DNA from: Candidatus Calescibacterium sp.
GTDB lineage: Bacteria; Calescibacteriota; Calescibacteriia; Calescibacteriales; Calescibacteriaceae
Length of the DNA: 64,000 bases
Assembly: GCA_032249135.1 (NCBI GenBank)
Contig: JAVVGL010000009.1
Location: 80 to 64,079, forward strand
Reading direction: 5' to 3'
Shown here: positions 1-8,671 of the stretch, in pieces
Position numbering within the stretch: the stretch's first letter is position 1
How the letters are laid out: every line of letters starts with the position of its first letter
Translations under genes and position numbers: made by a program
Notes under the pieces: model-generated
Seen by the model: only the letters and a program-made list of their open reading frames with translations
The model's database searches: none
What the model was told of the DNA's origin: nothing

Positions 1-10
1 AATTATTTAT

Positions 11-1618
11 TTGGGGATTTTGGTTTTTAGTCTTATCGGAGGGTTTGCAATAATTCAGTCTTGTGCAAAGGAAACAGGAACTGGTGGGGAAGGAGGTAAG
101 ACCGTAACTGATATATCCTCTCTACCTCCAAATGAGCAAACAGAGGTTCTCCAAATACAAGACTCATCGCTTGGAGAAGTTGGGCTTATTTCAGATACCG
201 AGTTAAACCCCACTATTATTGAAACTTCTTTACAAGAAGTTGATTTGCTAACAGCAAGAGCTCCAATTTCACCGAAAGATGAATTTCCTGATGAGGAAAA
301 GAAAACAAAACAAGAAATAGATCAGGAGTTATCCATAAAGGAAATAATCAGAAACTTTGTATCAGATGAAATTATTCAGAAATTTGAGAAGATTGAGGAA
401 AAGTTCAAATATGCTGATAGATTAGGAGAAAAATATTCATCTCTTTTGACAAAACTGTTAGTTTCAAGTTTGATTTATTGTAAAAATCAGGGAAAAGTAG
501 AAAGCAATTGTATGGCTCCGCAGATGTCAAACTGTGAAATCAAAATATTAGGATGTAGCTTAGATGGTTACTCAGTATCAGGAACTATATATGTATCTTT
601 ACAGGGGGATCTTTCTAAAAAAATTTTCAGTTATTCAGTTAGCGTAATCAATGTTGAGTTTAGGAAGGGGGATAAAAATATAACCTTTTATGGTGGGCAA
701 ATGTCGGCAAGGGGAGTAGTGGATGATTTATTAGCTGCAAAAACTGGTAGTGTAGAATTTGAGGTTAGTAACCTAAATATATCGGATACGGAGGAAGGAG
801 TTGAGATTTCAGGGACAGTAAAACATGAAGTTCAATTATCATCTTATGGGGTTTCGGTTACAAGAATATTTGAGAACATAAACTATAAAAAAGATGGGAA
901 AACTTTTACCATAGAAGGTGGGAAAATAACAGCCGAAAGAAAATTTGCTTCTCCAAACATAACTATAAAAGTGGAAAATCTTAAAGTAAAGACCGATGAC
1001 AATGAGCAATTAACTTTAAATGGCAGTTTCAAAAGAGAAGTCAGTAAAGAGCCAAAGTTTGTGTTAAGAGAAGTATTATCTCAGGTTTCTTTCTTATCTT
1101 CTGCAACTTCATTTTCAGCGGAGTTTTACAGATTTAAGAAAGTTCAAAAAGAAAAGACTCAGGATGATAAGACTTTCTCTCTTTCCATTACAAACTATGT
1201 AAAGGTAAACGATAAAGTAATAAGGTCTTATTCTCATAACTTGACTATTGTAAAAGAAGGTGCAGGTGAATTCAAGGTTAGTGGTGAGATAAAAATAGTG
1301 AAAAAAGATGGATCAGAAATACAAATCAAGCTTGAAAATGTGAAAGTGGTGAAAGGGTGTCAAAGCTTGACAGGTGGGACTATCTCGGCGGATGTCAAAA
1401 AAAGTGATGGGAAAGTTATAAAGGTGAACGCTACTTTAACTCAAACCTGTTCTTGCGAGCATGAGGTAGAAGTTGAAAAAGACGGCAAATTGATAAAATC
1501 TAAGGGGAATATCTGTGAAGCCAAAAAGAAAGCAGGAAAGGAAACTATGGATGATATGATGGAAGAAGGAAAAAGTATGGGCATGATGGATGGGGGACAT
1601 CACCAAAATATGACGTGA
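11..1618 (+). CDS. Putative lipoprotein of unknown function with a Met/His-rich C-terminal tail. The true start may lie upstream of the window.
   Basis: Long ORF. The N-terminus LVFSLIGGFAIIQSC looks like a signal peptide plus lipobox Cys. The frame stays open back to base 2. The tail reads KETMDDMMEEGKSMGMMDGGHHQNMT. No family recognised. Confidence 0.5.
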   Translation: MGILVFSLIGGFAIIQSCAKETGTGGEGGKTVTDISSLPPNEQTEVLQIQDSSLGEVGLISDTELNPTIIETSLQEVDLLTARAPISPKDEFPDEEKKTKQEIDQELSIKEIIRNFVSDEIIQKFEKIEEKFKYADRLGEKYSSLLTKLLVSSLIYCKNQGKVESNCMAPQMSNCEIKILGCSLDGYSVSGTIYVSLQGDLSKKIFSYSVSVINVEFRKGDKNITFYGGQMSARGVVDDLLAAKTGSVEFEVSNLNISDTEEGVEISGTVKHEVQLSSYGVSVTRIFENINYKKDGKTFTIEGGKITAERKFASPNITIKVENLKVKTDDNEQLTLNGSFKREVSKEPKFVLREVLSQVSFLSSATSFSAEFYRFKKVQKEKTQDDKTFSLSITNYVKVNDKVIRSYSHNLTIVKEGAGEFKVSGEIKIVKKDGSEIQIKLENVKVVKGCQSLTGGTISADVKKSDGKVIKVNATLTQTCSCEHEVEVEKDGKLIKSKGNICEAKKKAGKETMDDMMEEGKSMGMMDGGHHQNMT

Positions 1619-1656
1619 AACTTAAATTGAAAATTTCTTTTATAAATCTGTGCTTA

Positions 1657-1724
1657 TACGATGAAAATCAAACCTAAAAGATATATTGTATGGTCTACGG
1701 ATAAAGATATTGACCTTAGCGACC
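1657..1724 (+). repeat. Direct repeat copy A (68 nt, about 5 mismatches) of the 5' end of the ORF at 2283
   Basis: tacgatgaaaatcaaacctaaaagatatattgtatggtc... aligned by eye with 2279-2346. Confidence 0.85.
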
Positions 1725-1729
1725 TATAA
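1661..1729 (+). pseudogene. Truncated duplicate (22 codons, MKIKPKRYIVWSTDKDIDLSDL) of the N-terminus of the 2283-2507 protein
   Basis: Near-identical to the first 21 codons of ORF 2283, then an immediate stop. Confidence 0.6.
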
Positions 1730-1739
1730 GTTAATGTAA

Positions 1740-2042
1740 ATTGTAAAGTCAAAAAACGGTGCTCCGATAAGATTAACCGAAGAAAGATGGTTACATATTG
1801 TAGAAAACCATGATGATCTGGCAGGATATTACGATGATATTTTAAATTGTGTTGAAGATCCAGATTATATAATAAAGGGATATAGAGGTGCCCTCATAGC
1901 CCTGAAAAAGGTAGATGAGGGAAAATTTTTAGCTGTGGTTTATAAGGAATTATCTAACTTTGATGGTTTTATAATTACTGCTTTTTTTACATCTAAAATA
2001 AAATTAGAGAAGGAGGAGATAGTATGGCAAAAACAAAAATAA
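1740..2042 (+). CDS. Small toxin-like protein of the type usually paired with DUF2283 (possibly the DUF4258 family, name uncertain). It has no canonical start codon and may be a pseudogene.
   Basis: A 100-codon open frame that is not in the ORF track: IVKSKNGAPIRLTEERWLHIVENHDDLAGYYDDILNCVEDPDYIIKGYRGALIALKKVDEGKFLAVVYKELSNFDGFIITAFFTSKIKLEKEEIVWQKQK. An in-frame stop lies at 1737-1739 and no ATG, GTG or TTG follows it. Confidence 0.4.
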   Translation: MVKSKNGAPIRLTEERWLHIVENHDDLAGYYDDILNCVEDPDYIIKGYRGALIALKKVDEGKFLAVVYKELSNFDGFIITAFFTSKIKLEKEEIVWQKQK

Positions 2043-2108
2043 AAATGGAGTTCTTGGAAGAAATTTTTAAGGTAGTCCCATCAATATTAAAATTCTCCCT
2101 ATAAAAAA

Positions 2109-2273
2109 ATGTGGATAGATTATGATAAGGAAGCTGATGTTCTGTATATAAGTTTTAGAAGACCACAGCGTGCAACAGATACGGAGATGATAGACGATGG
2201 AATATTGATAAGGTACAAGGGTGATGAAATAGTAGGAATTACTATCCTTGAAGCATCTAAAAGAAAGTTTTGA
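2109..2273 (+). CDS. DUF2283-like small protein (putative antitoxin-type partner)
   Basis: A 54-aa ORF, too short for the ORF track: MWIDYDKEADVLYISFRRPQRATDTEMIDDGILIRYKGDEIVGITILEASKRKF. The YDxEADxLYI motif is typical of DUF2283. Confidence 0.6.
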   Translation: MWIDYDKEADVLYISFRRPQRATDTEMIDDGILIRYKGDEIVGITILEASKRKF

Positions 2274-2278
2274 GAAAG

Positions 2279-2346
2279 TACGATGAAAATCAAACCTAAA
2301 AGATATATTGTATGGTCAACAGATAAAGAGATTGATCTGAGCGACC
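2279..2346 (+). repeat. Direct repeat copy B (partner of 1657-1724)
   Basis: Same 68-nt sequence, overlapping the start of ORF 2283. Confidence 0.85.
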
Positions 2347-2507
2347 CGTGGCAAAAAAAGCGGTATATCAAGCAAGTTCTAACATATGGAAGAGCGGAAG
2401 ATATTGCCGAACTTGATTGGGAAGAAGTAAAAAAATTGCTGCCAGAGCTTGACCTTCCTGAACACATAAAATCTTTATGGGAGGATTACTTTGCTTCTAA
2501 AAAGTAA
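2283..2507 (+). CDS. Small protein resembling the DUF6922-type partner of AbiEii-family nucleotidyltransferase toxins (tentative)
   Basis: 74 aa. The pattern IVWSTD..IDLSD....YIKQVLTYGRAEDI..L.WEEVKKLL......IKSLWEDYF matches my memory of that family. It is followed by a roughly 30-codon stub (2491-2586, GIITDLQREILIIFSSEIPDNEIIS) resembling the N-terminus of AbiEii-like toxins. Confidence 0.4.
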   Translation: MKIKPKRYIVWSTDKEIDLSDPWQKKRYIKQVLTYGRAEDIAELDWEEVKKLLPELDLPEHIKSLWEDYFASKK

Positions 2508-2643
2508 AGGAATTATTACTGATTTGCAGAGAGAAATTTTAATTATTTTTTCTTCTGAAATTCCTGATAATGAAATCATTTCATAAAACATTTCAAAACT
2601 TACTTATCTTGGGTTTCTAATTATTAGAATTATATATTTAGCT

Positions 2644-3723
2644 ATGGGGAACGGGAAAGACTACTATGAAATTTTGGGTGTTCCAAGGAACGCAACTCAA
2701 GAAGAGATAAAGAAAGCTTTTTGGGAGCTTGCAAAAAAATGGCATCCTGATAGAGTTCCGCCTGAGAAGAAAAAAGAAGCTGAGGAGAAATTCAAAGAAA
2801 TAAATGAAGCATACCAAGTTCTTTCAGATCCAGAGAAAAGAAAAATATATGATATGTATGGGGAAGCAGGTCTAAAAGGTAGTTATGGTACCGATTTTAC
2901 AACCACATATACAACTTATACGAGCTTTGATGATTTTGTAAAGCAGTTTTTCAAAGATGATGTTTTTGGCTTTGCGTCAGATATTCTTGAAGATATATTC
3001 GGTATAGGCACAAAAACAAGAACCCAAAGAAGAAGAAAAACGGAAGAAAGAAGGAAAATCCTCCTTGAACTATCTTTGAAAGATATTTACCAAGATAAAG
3101 AGATTGAAAAGGAGGTGACAATAGAAAAAAGAGAAGAGTGTAGACGCTGTGACGGAACGGGGCAAGTTGAAGTTGATGTCTGTAAGCGTTGTGGTGGAAA
3201 AGGTATGATAGGTTTCTCAAGGGGATTCTTTACATTCAGTCAAACTTGTCCAGAATGTGGAGGTTACGGAAAGCTTATGACAACATGCTCAAAATGTGGT
3301 GGAAGAGGTTTCACATCAAAATATGAGAATATAAAAATAAAAATTCCAAGAGGAGTAAGAGAGGGAGATATAATATCGCACGGTAATGTAGATTTTGTTG
3401 TTAGAATAGTTCCAGATCCAAAATTTACGATTCAAGGTGATGACCTAATATCAGAAATTCAGGTTGATGCTCTTTCGGCAATACTTGGAGATGAGGTCCC
3501 ATTTATACTACCCGATGGTTCAGAGATGAAGGTAAAAATTCCAGAGGGAACAGATTCTGGAACTCTTTTGAGGCTCAAAGATACCGGGCTTCCAAGAAAA
3601 GATGGAAAGAGAGGAAATATGTACTTGCGAGTGAAAATCATCTCTCCAAAAAACTTAACAAAAGATGAAAAGAAAGAACTCCAAAAAATAAAAGAATCAA
3701 TAGAAAAGAGAAAATATCACTAA
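2644..3723 (+). CDS. dnaJ: Molecular chaperone DnaJ (J domain plus four CxxCxGxG zinc-finger repeats)
   Basis: DYYEILGV...HPD motif. Zinc-finger repeats [24 protein letters not shown] and CSKCGGRG. C-terminal substrate-binding region present. Confidence 0.9.
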   Translation: MGNGKDYYEILGVPRNATQEEIKKAFWELAKKWHPDRVPPEKKKEAEEKFKEINEAYQVLSDPEKRKIYDMYGEAGLKGSYGTDFTTTYTTYTSFDDFVKQFFKDDVFGFASDILEDIFGIGTKTRTQRRRKTEERRKILLELSLKDIYQDKEIEKEVTIEKREECRRCDGTGQVEVDVCKRCGGKGMIGFSRGFFTFSQTCPECGGYGKLMTTCSKCGGRGFTSKYENIKIKIPRGVREGDIISHGNVDFVVRIVPDPKFTIQGDDLISEIQVDALSAILGDEVPFILPDGSEMKVKIPEGTDSGTLLRLKDTGLPRKDGKRGNMYLRVKIISPKNLTKDEKKELQKIKESIEKRKYH

Positions 3724-3784
3724 AATAAACAAAAATATCACTAATAAACAAAAGAGAAAAAGTAATAAATAATTTTTTGATACT

Positions 3785-4387
3785 ATGGGGAAAGAAAAAG
3801 AAAAAGGCAAAAGAGAACAAGAGGTTGAAATAAATCCAGACAAGATCATATCTGATGCAAAAGAGGAGATGAAAAAAGCTGTTGAGAAGTTTGATGAGGA
3901 GATGAAAAAAATAAAGACAGGTAGGGCTCATCCTTCTTTACTTGATGGTATAAAAGTTTTTGCTTACGATAGTGAAATCCCTTTAAATCAACTTGCTCTG
4001 ATTTCTGTTTCTTCTCCTTCTGAACTTATTGTTGAACCATTTGATCCAAATATAAGACCCGCAATAGAAAAAGCCATTTTGCAGTCAGGAAGAGATCTTG
4101 TTCCTCAAAGTGATGGAAAAATAATAAGAATAAAAATTCCACCTTTAACTCAGGAAACAAGAGAGAATATTTTGAAGCTTGTCAGGAAAAAATCTGAGGA
4201 TTTCAAAGTTTCAATAAGAAACATAAGAGATAAGGCTCGGAGCGAAATAAAAGATGCGAAAGACAAAAAGGTTATATCAGAAGATAGAGCAAGAAGACTT
4301 TTTGATGAGCTTCAAAAAATAACAGATGAGAATATAAAAAAGATAGATACAATTTTGCAGGCAAAAGAAAAAGAAATTCTCGGATAG
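3785..4387 (+). CDS. frr: Ribosome recycling factor
   Basis: TGRAHPSLLDGIKV motif and overall Frr layout. It has a Lys/Glu-rich N-terminal extension of about 15 aa, so the start is uncertain. Confidence 0.88.
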   Translation: MGKEKEKGKREQEVEINPDKIISDAKEEMKKAVEKFDEEMKKIKTGRAHPSLLDGIKVFAYDSEIPLNQLALISVSSPSELIVEPFDPNIRPAIEKAILQSGRDLVPQSDGKIIRIKIPPLTQETRENILKLVRKKSEDFKVSIRNIRDKARSEIKDAKDKKVISEDRARRLFDELQKITDENIKKIDTILQAKEKEILG

Positions 4388-4451
4388 GCTGTTAGGTTGA
4401 TTTTAAGTTTTGTTTTATTATTTTAAGTTTGATTTTAAGTTTGGGATTTAT

Positions 4452-5333
4452 TTATATGCCAGTTTGAAGTTGTAAATTTTCTTTTATTTTTTCAATATCT
4501 GGTAAAATAGTTTCGCAAACTCTTTCTATGAGGCTTTCCTGGGAGTCAATTTCTAATATAGAGAGAGCTTGTTTGTCAAGTTGGTATAACATCCCATCAA
4601 TAGGTACTCCTTCTCCTATTTGCATAGCAGCAATATCACCAAGGTGCACACATGCTATAACTTTTGCCAATACTTTATCTCCCTGAAATTCTGATGGTGT
4701 TTGATAATATTGTACAACCAATGCTAAGTCCTCAGGTATGCCCCATTTTCTGAGTGTGTAAGCTCCGATTTCATTATGCGAAACCCCTAAAATTCTTTTT
4801 GATGCTGTGTGGAACGATACTTTTTTCTCAAAAACTTCTTTTATTATGCTATTTATAACTGCCGACCCGAGTTTATCCATAATAATTCTCCCTATTGAGC
4901 GTAATGCGGCTGATGTGAATATGACATCGCTCATAAACCTTATACCAGCAATTTCTCCAAATTTCACACTTGCTGCTGCACCAATGATGGAAAAAATTGC
5001 CAGTTCATTTTGAGCAGTTCTGAAATTTTTTAACTCCTGTGATGATATTCTCTTTGCCCAAGCAGCAACTACAAGTCTTAAAAGGGCTTTTGTTCCCAAA
5101 ATAACTACGGCTTGTTCCAAAGATTTTATCTCTCGTGAAAAATTATAATATGCTGAATTTACCATTCTTATTGTATCTGCTGCCAGAACAGGGTCCTTCG
5201 CAAGCTCAATCGCTATCTTGCTTAAAGGTACATTTTCATCTTTGAGCATTCTCATAAGATTACTTATGTGTTGTGGAATAGGGGTTGTTTTCTCTATTAT
5301 CTCGTCTATTTTGCTTTTGAGCTTTGGATCCAT
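4452..5333 (-). CDS. HDOD domain signalling protein
   Basis: N-terminal PLSKIAIELAKDPVLAADTIRMVNSAYYNF and a downstream HD-like helical region, typical of HDOD. Confidence 0.75.
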   Translation of the reverse strand: MDPKLKSKIDEIIEKTTPIPQHISNLMRMLKDENVPLSKIAIELAKDPVLAADTIRMVNSAYYNFSREIKSLEQAVVILGTKALLRLVVAAWAKRISSQELKNFRTAQNELAIFSIIGAAASVKFGEIAGIRFMSDVIFTSAALRSIGRIIMDKLGSAVINSIIKEVFEKKVSFHTASKRILGVSHNEIGAYTLRKWGIPEDLALVVQYYQTPSEFQGDKVLAKVIACVHLGDIAAMQIGEGVPIDGMLYQLDKQALSILEIDSQESLIERVCETILPDIEKIKENLQLQTGI

Positions 5334-5339
5334 CGCTAA

Positions 5340-5762
5340 TTAAATTTCTTTCTCACCTCCTATAAGATAGCTTACGATGCATCTTCCCGTCACCGGGTCA
5401 AATGTAACACTTCTTGTAACATTTCCTCCTATATCGTATCCTCCTACTGGTAATCCCATTCTTTTTATAACATTGAACAAAGAAGCTATGAATTTTCTTC
5501 CCACATTAAGTCCTGCGACATCTGCACCGCCGACAATCTTCACTCTTATTTTAGGAAGATCACCATCTTGAACTTGTAAGCTTGCAAGTAGCTCTTTAAT
5601 TTTTTCTTCTATCTTTGCTTCGTCTGTTGAGTAAAAATGCGTGGCAGCTGCTCTTCTTTTTGATGCATCCCATATAATTATTGCCGCTCCGCTCGCTATT
5701 TTCTCTATCCTTATCTTTTCCCTACCTACCCAGTTCTGTAGGAGCCTAATACTTATATCCAT
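5340..5762 (-). CDS. CheD-like protein (chemoreceptor glutamine deamidase family). The catalytic Cys is apparently absent.
   Basis: The C-terminal half KIVGGADV..LNVGRKFIASLFNVIKRMGLPVGGYDIGGNVTRSVTFDPVTGRCIV matches the CheD core. The N-terminal GSC-type motif reads SGAAIIIWD. Confidence 0.65.
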   Translation of the reverse strand: MDISIRLLQNWVGREKIRIEKIASGAAIIIWDASKRRAAATHFYSTDEAKIEEKIKELLASLQVQDGDLPKIRVKIVGGADVAGLNVGRKFIASLFNVIKRMGLPVGGYDIGGNVTRSVTFDPVTGRCIVSYLIGGEKEI

Positions 5763-5869
5763 ACCACGTTTTCACCTCCTTTACCACGTTTTTTATTTTA
5801 ATTTATTTTAAAGTAGAAAAATAATATTTATAAAATTTAGTTTTCTCAGAAAAATTTTTTCCTACAAAA

Positions 5870-6223
5870 TTGAAAAGTTTTGTTTTTATTTTTTTGGTTT
5901 ATTTTAATAATATTGTGAGGTTTGAAAATAAAGATAAAAAGGCTTTTTACCTTGTTGCAGCATCTTTTCTTTTTATAAGCTCTATTTTTGTTTTTGTATT
6001 TGAGTTTTTAAGACTTTCTCCAAAAAATTATGGTATTCAGAGACAAAAGGATGAGGTTTTAATTATGAACGAGGCTTATAAGACTTGTGTTCAGGGAGGT
6101 GGTTTGAAGGTTGCAGGAAAAACAATTATTGAAGTTGAAGGAGCTCCTCCTAAAACTAAAACGAAAATAAAAAGAAAATTCATCTTTGATGAAACTTGTA
6201 AGATTCAAGCAATAATATATTAA
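5870..6223 (+). CDS. Hypothetical small membrane protein (weak call, TTG start)
   Basis: This is the only sizeable ORF in a 500-nt gap. It has a hydrophobic N-terminus and no homology recognised. Confidence 0.25.
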   Translation: MKSFVFIFLVYFNNIVRFENKDKKAFYLVAASFLFISSIFVFVFEFLRLSPKNYGIQRQKDEVLIMNEAYKTCVQGGGLKVAGKTIIEVEGAPPKTKTKIKRKFIFDETCKIQAIIY

Positions 6224-6259
6224 ACTTTATCTTAAAGGTTCTACCTCCAATTTGCGAAG

Positions 6260-7264
6260 GTGCAATTTAAAAAAGGAATAGATGAAAAAATAAAGAAAGC
6301 AGCAGAGATAATAAAAAGCGGAGGGGTTGTTGCTTTTCCAACTGAGACTGTTTATGGTCTTGGTGCAAACGCTTACGATGAACAAGCAGTAAAAAAAATT
6401 TTTGAACTTAAGGGCAGACCGCAAGATAACCCACTCATAGTCCACATATCAAAAAAACAAGATGTTTATATTGTTGCAAGAGAAATTCCAGAAAAAGCAA
6501 AGGTTCTTATAGGAGAGTTTTGGCCAGGACCTCTTACTCTGGTTCTTCCAAAAAATCCATCTATTCCAGATATTGTCACGGCAGGACTTGATACTGTGGC
6601 TGTTAGGATGCCAGATCACCCGATAGCTTTGAAATTAATAAGACTTTCTGGAGTTCCGATAGCCGCTCCGAGCGCTAATATATCGGGAAAACCATCTGCT
6701 ACTCAACCCGAACACATAAAAAAATATTTTGGAGAAAAAGTTTTTCTGATAGAGGGAAAAGTGAAAATAGGAATAGAATCAACAGTTCTTGATTTGACAG
6801 AAGATGTTCCAAAAATCCTTCGTCCCGGTGCTATAACCAAAGAGATGATAGAGAGAAAAATAGGGAAAGTTGAGCTTGTGGAATATAAAAAAGCCGATTT
6901 TATCCCAAAGAGTCCCGGTCTAAAATATAGACACTACACACCAGATGCCGAATTAATATTGATACTGCGTAAAGATAAGATGATAAATTTTATAAAAGAA
7001 AATAGAAGGAATTGGGAGGAAAAAGGAAAAAAAGTATGTGTGTTTTTTTTCAGAGAAAAACCTAAAAAATTTGAGAGTTCTCCAAATATCAAAGTTTCTA
7101 TATCTGGTAGGAGTTTGAGAGAGTTTGCAAAAAATCTTTTCAAAATTCTGATAGAGGAAGGGGAAAAATACGATATTCTGATTTTTGAAGGAGTTGATGA
7201 AAGAGGAATAGGATTAGGAATAATGAACAGGCTCAAAAAGGCAGCAAGAAGAATAATAAGATAG
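6260..7264 (+). CDS. tsaC: L-threonylcarbamoyladenylate synthase (Sua5/YwlC/TsaC, long form with a Sua5 C-terminal domain)
   Basis: GGVVAFPTETVYGLGANAYDEQAVKKIFELKGRPQDNPLIVHI. GTG start. Confidence 0.9.
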   Translation: MQFKKGIDEKIKKAAEIIKSGGVVAFPTETVYGLGANAYDEQAVKKIFELKGRPQDNPLIVHISKKQDVYIVAREIPEKAKVLIGEFWPGPLTLVLPKNPSIPDIVTAGLDTVAVRMPDHPIALKLIRLSGVPIAAPSANISGKPSATQPEHIKKYFGEKVFLIEGKVKIGIESTVLDLTEDVPKILRPGAITKEMIERKIGKVELVEYKKADFIPKSPGLKYRHYTPDAELILILRKDKMINFIKENRRNWEEKGKKVCVFFFREKPKKFESSPNIKVSISGRSLREFAKNLFKILIEEGEKYDILIFEGVDERGIGLGIMNRLKKAARRIIR

Positions 7265-7273
7265 AGAGGAAAA

Positions 7274-8299
7274 TTAAAATATGTCAGCAGATATATCAGG
7301 GAAATAAGGAGGAGAAAGAGTAATGTAACCTAATGATATAGCGTCTGGTCTGAGTTTAAGGAATTTTTCGATATTATGTTCTCTTATCCCACCGGAGAGC
7401 TCAATACTTATATTGATTTTTTGGGAGCTGGAAAAATTTCTTATTTTACGAATAAGTTTTCTCAAAGTTTTGGGTTGAAAGTTATCGAGCATTATTGTGA
7501 AATTAAAAACATCTTCTTTCCCCTTTTTTTCTCTTATTTCTTTTTTCAGTATTTGTGCGATTTTGAGAGCCAAATCAAGTTCTTCTTCTTTTTGCACCTC
7601 AATTGTGATACCTTTTTTCAATATTTTTCTTTTGATTTTCGGTTCAAGTTTTTCAAAGAAATTTACAAGCTCTCTCGTTCCACCGATAGCTCTTATGTGA
7701 TTATCCTTTATCATAAATGATGATGAGAGGTCAATTCTATAAGGTTCTCCTCCTCCTACTGCGACAGCATATTTTTCAAGCATCCTCAAACCAGGGGTGG
7801 TTTTTCTTGTAGCCAAAATTCCGACGCCATACTTTTTTGCTTTCTTGGTAAGTTTGTGAGTTTCAGTTGCAATAGCAGAGAGACGACAAAGAAGATTGAG
7901 ACAGATCCTTTCACGAGAAAGAAGAAGACCTATATTGTCTGAATATACTTCGCAGATTTTCTCTCCATACCTCACTATATCCCCATCTTTTTTGTAGGAT
8001 TTGATTTTGATGTAAGCATTACATTTTTTTTGCATTTTGAAAATTGTTTCTATAAAATCTGCTCCTGCAAGTACAAAATCATCTTTTGACTTTGAGAAGA
8101 AGACCATTTTGCCTCTTTTTTTTGTTTTGTTTAGTCCAAGAAGATTTGATGTTATATCGTCAAAAACCCTATCTTCTTCAAACCATTTGTTTATGTTCTT
8201 TATAAGCTCATTTTTTGCTTTTTCTTTTAAAGTTTTTTGTTCCTGGTTCTTCAAATTCAATTTCATAAGTTTCTCTAATTCGTAAATTTTCCTACGCAC
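7274..8299 (-). CDS. nadC: Nicotinate-nucleotide pyrophosphorylase (quinolinate phosphoribosyltransferase)
   Basis: EDRVFDDITS and TRKTTPGLRMLEKYAVAVGGGEPYRIDLSSSFMIKDNHI. The N-terminus is about 40 aa longer than usual, so the real start may be internal. Confidence 0.85.
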   Translation of the reverse strand: MRRKIYELEKLMKLNLKNQEQKTLKEKAKNELIKNINKWFEEDRVFDDITSNLLGLNKTKKRGKMVFFSKSKDDFVLAGADFIETIFKMQKKCNAYIKIKSYKKDGDIVRYGEKICEVYSDNIGLLLSRERICLNLLCRLSAIATETHKLTKKAKKYGVGILATRKTTPGLRMLEKYAVAVGGGEPYRIDLSSSFMIKDNHIRAIGGTRELVNFFEKLEPKIKRKILKKGITIEVQKEEELDLALKIAQILKKEIREKKGKEDVFNFTIMLDNFQPKTLRKLIRKIRNFSSSQKINISIELSGGIREHNIEKFLKLRPDAISLGYITLSPPYFPDISADIF

Positions 8300-8671
8300 A
8301 ATTTATGAAATTCAGAAAGGTTCCTACAAAATTTTCAAAGAAAAATTTTGGAAAAAATTTTTGAAAATTTCTTCTCCGTTTTTTTTTTGCTTTAAAGTTT
8401 GCATTGCGGCTTTTTAAACATATAGTTTTTCGGAAACGAGAGAGCTTCTCAAATCTCAAAAAAGCAAAACAAACATTTTCTCCTTCCTTTTCACTTTCAA
8501 GTATCCCAAAATATCACAAAAATCTGTCTTACCTTCCGGGAGATCTTGCCTTATATTCTCGGAAGCTTCAAAATTCCCATCTCAAAACTTATTGGTCCGA
8601 AAAAATTCAGCCCACGGCGAAATTTTTCAGATGTCCAAAAAAAAACAAAACAAAAAAGGAGGTGAAAAAGT

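Noticed and set aside
4395-4445. Three copies of ATTTTAAGTTT in the frr/HDOD convergent spacer
   Set aside because: The repeats are short and AT-rich, with irregular spacing, in a region expected to be low complexity. No associated structure or ORF was found.
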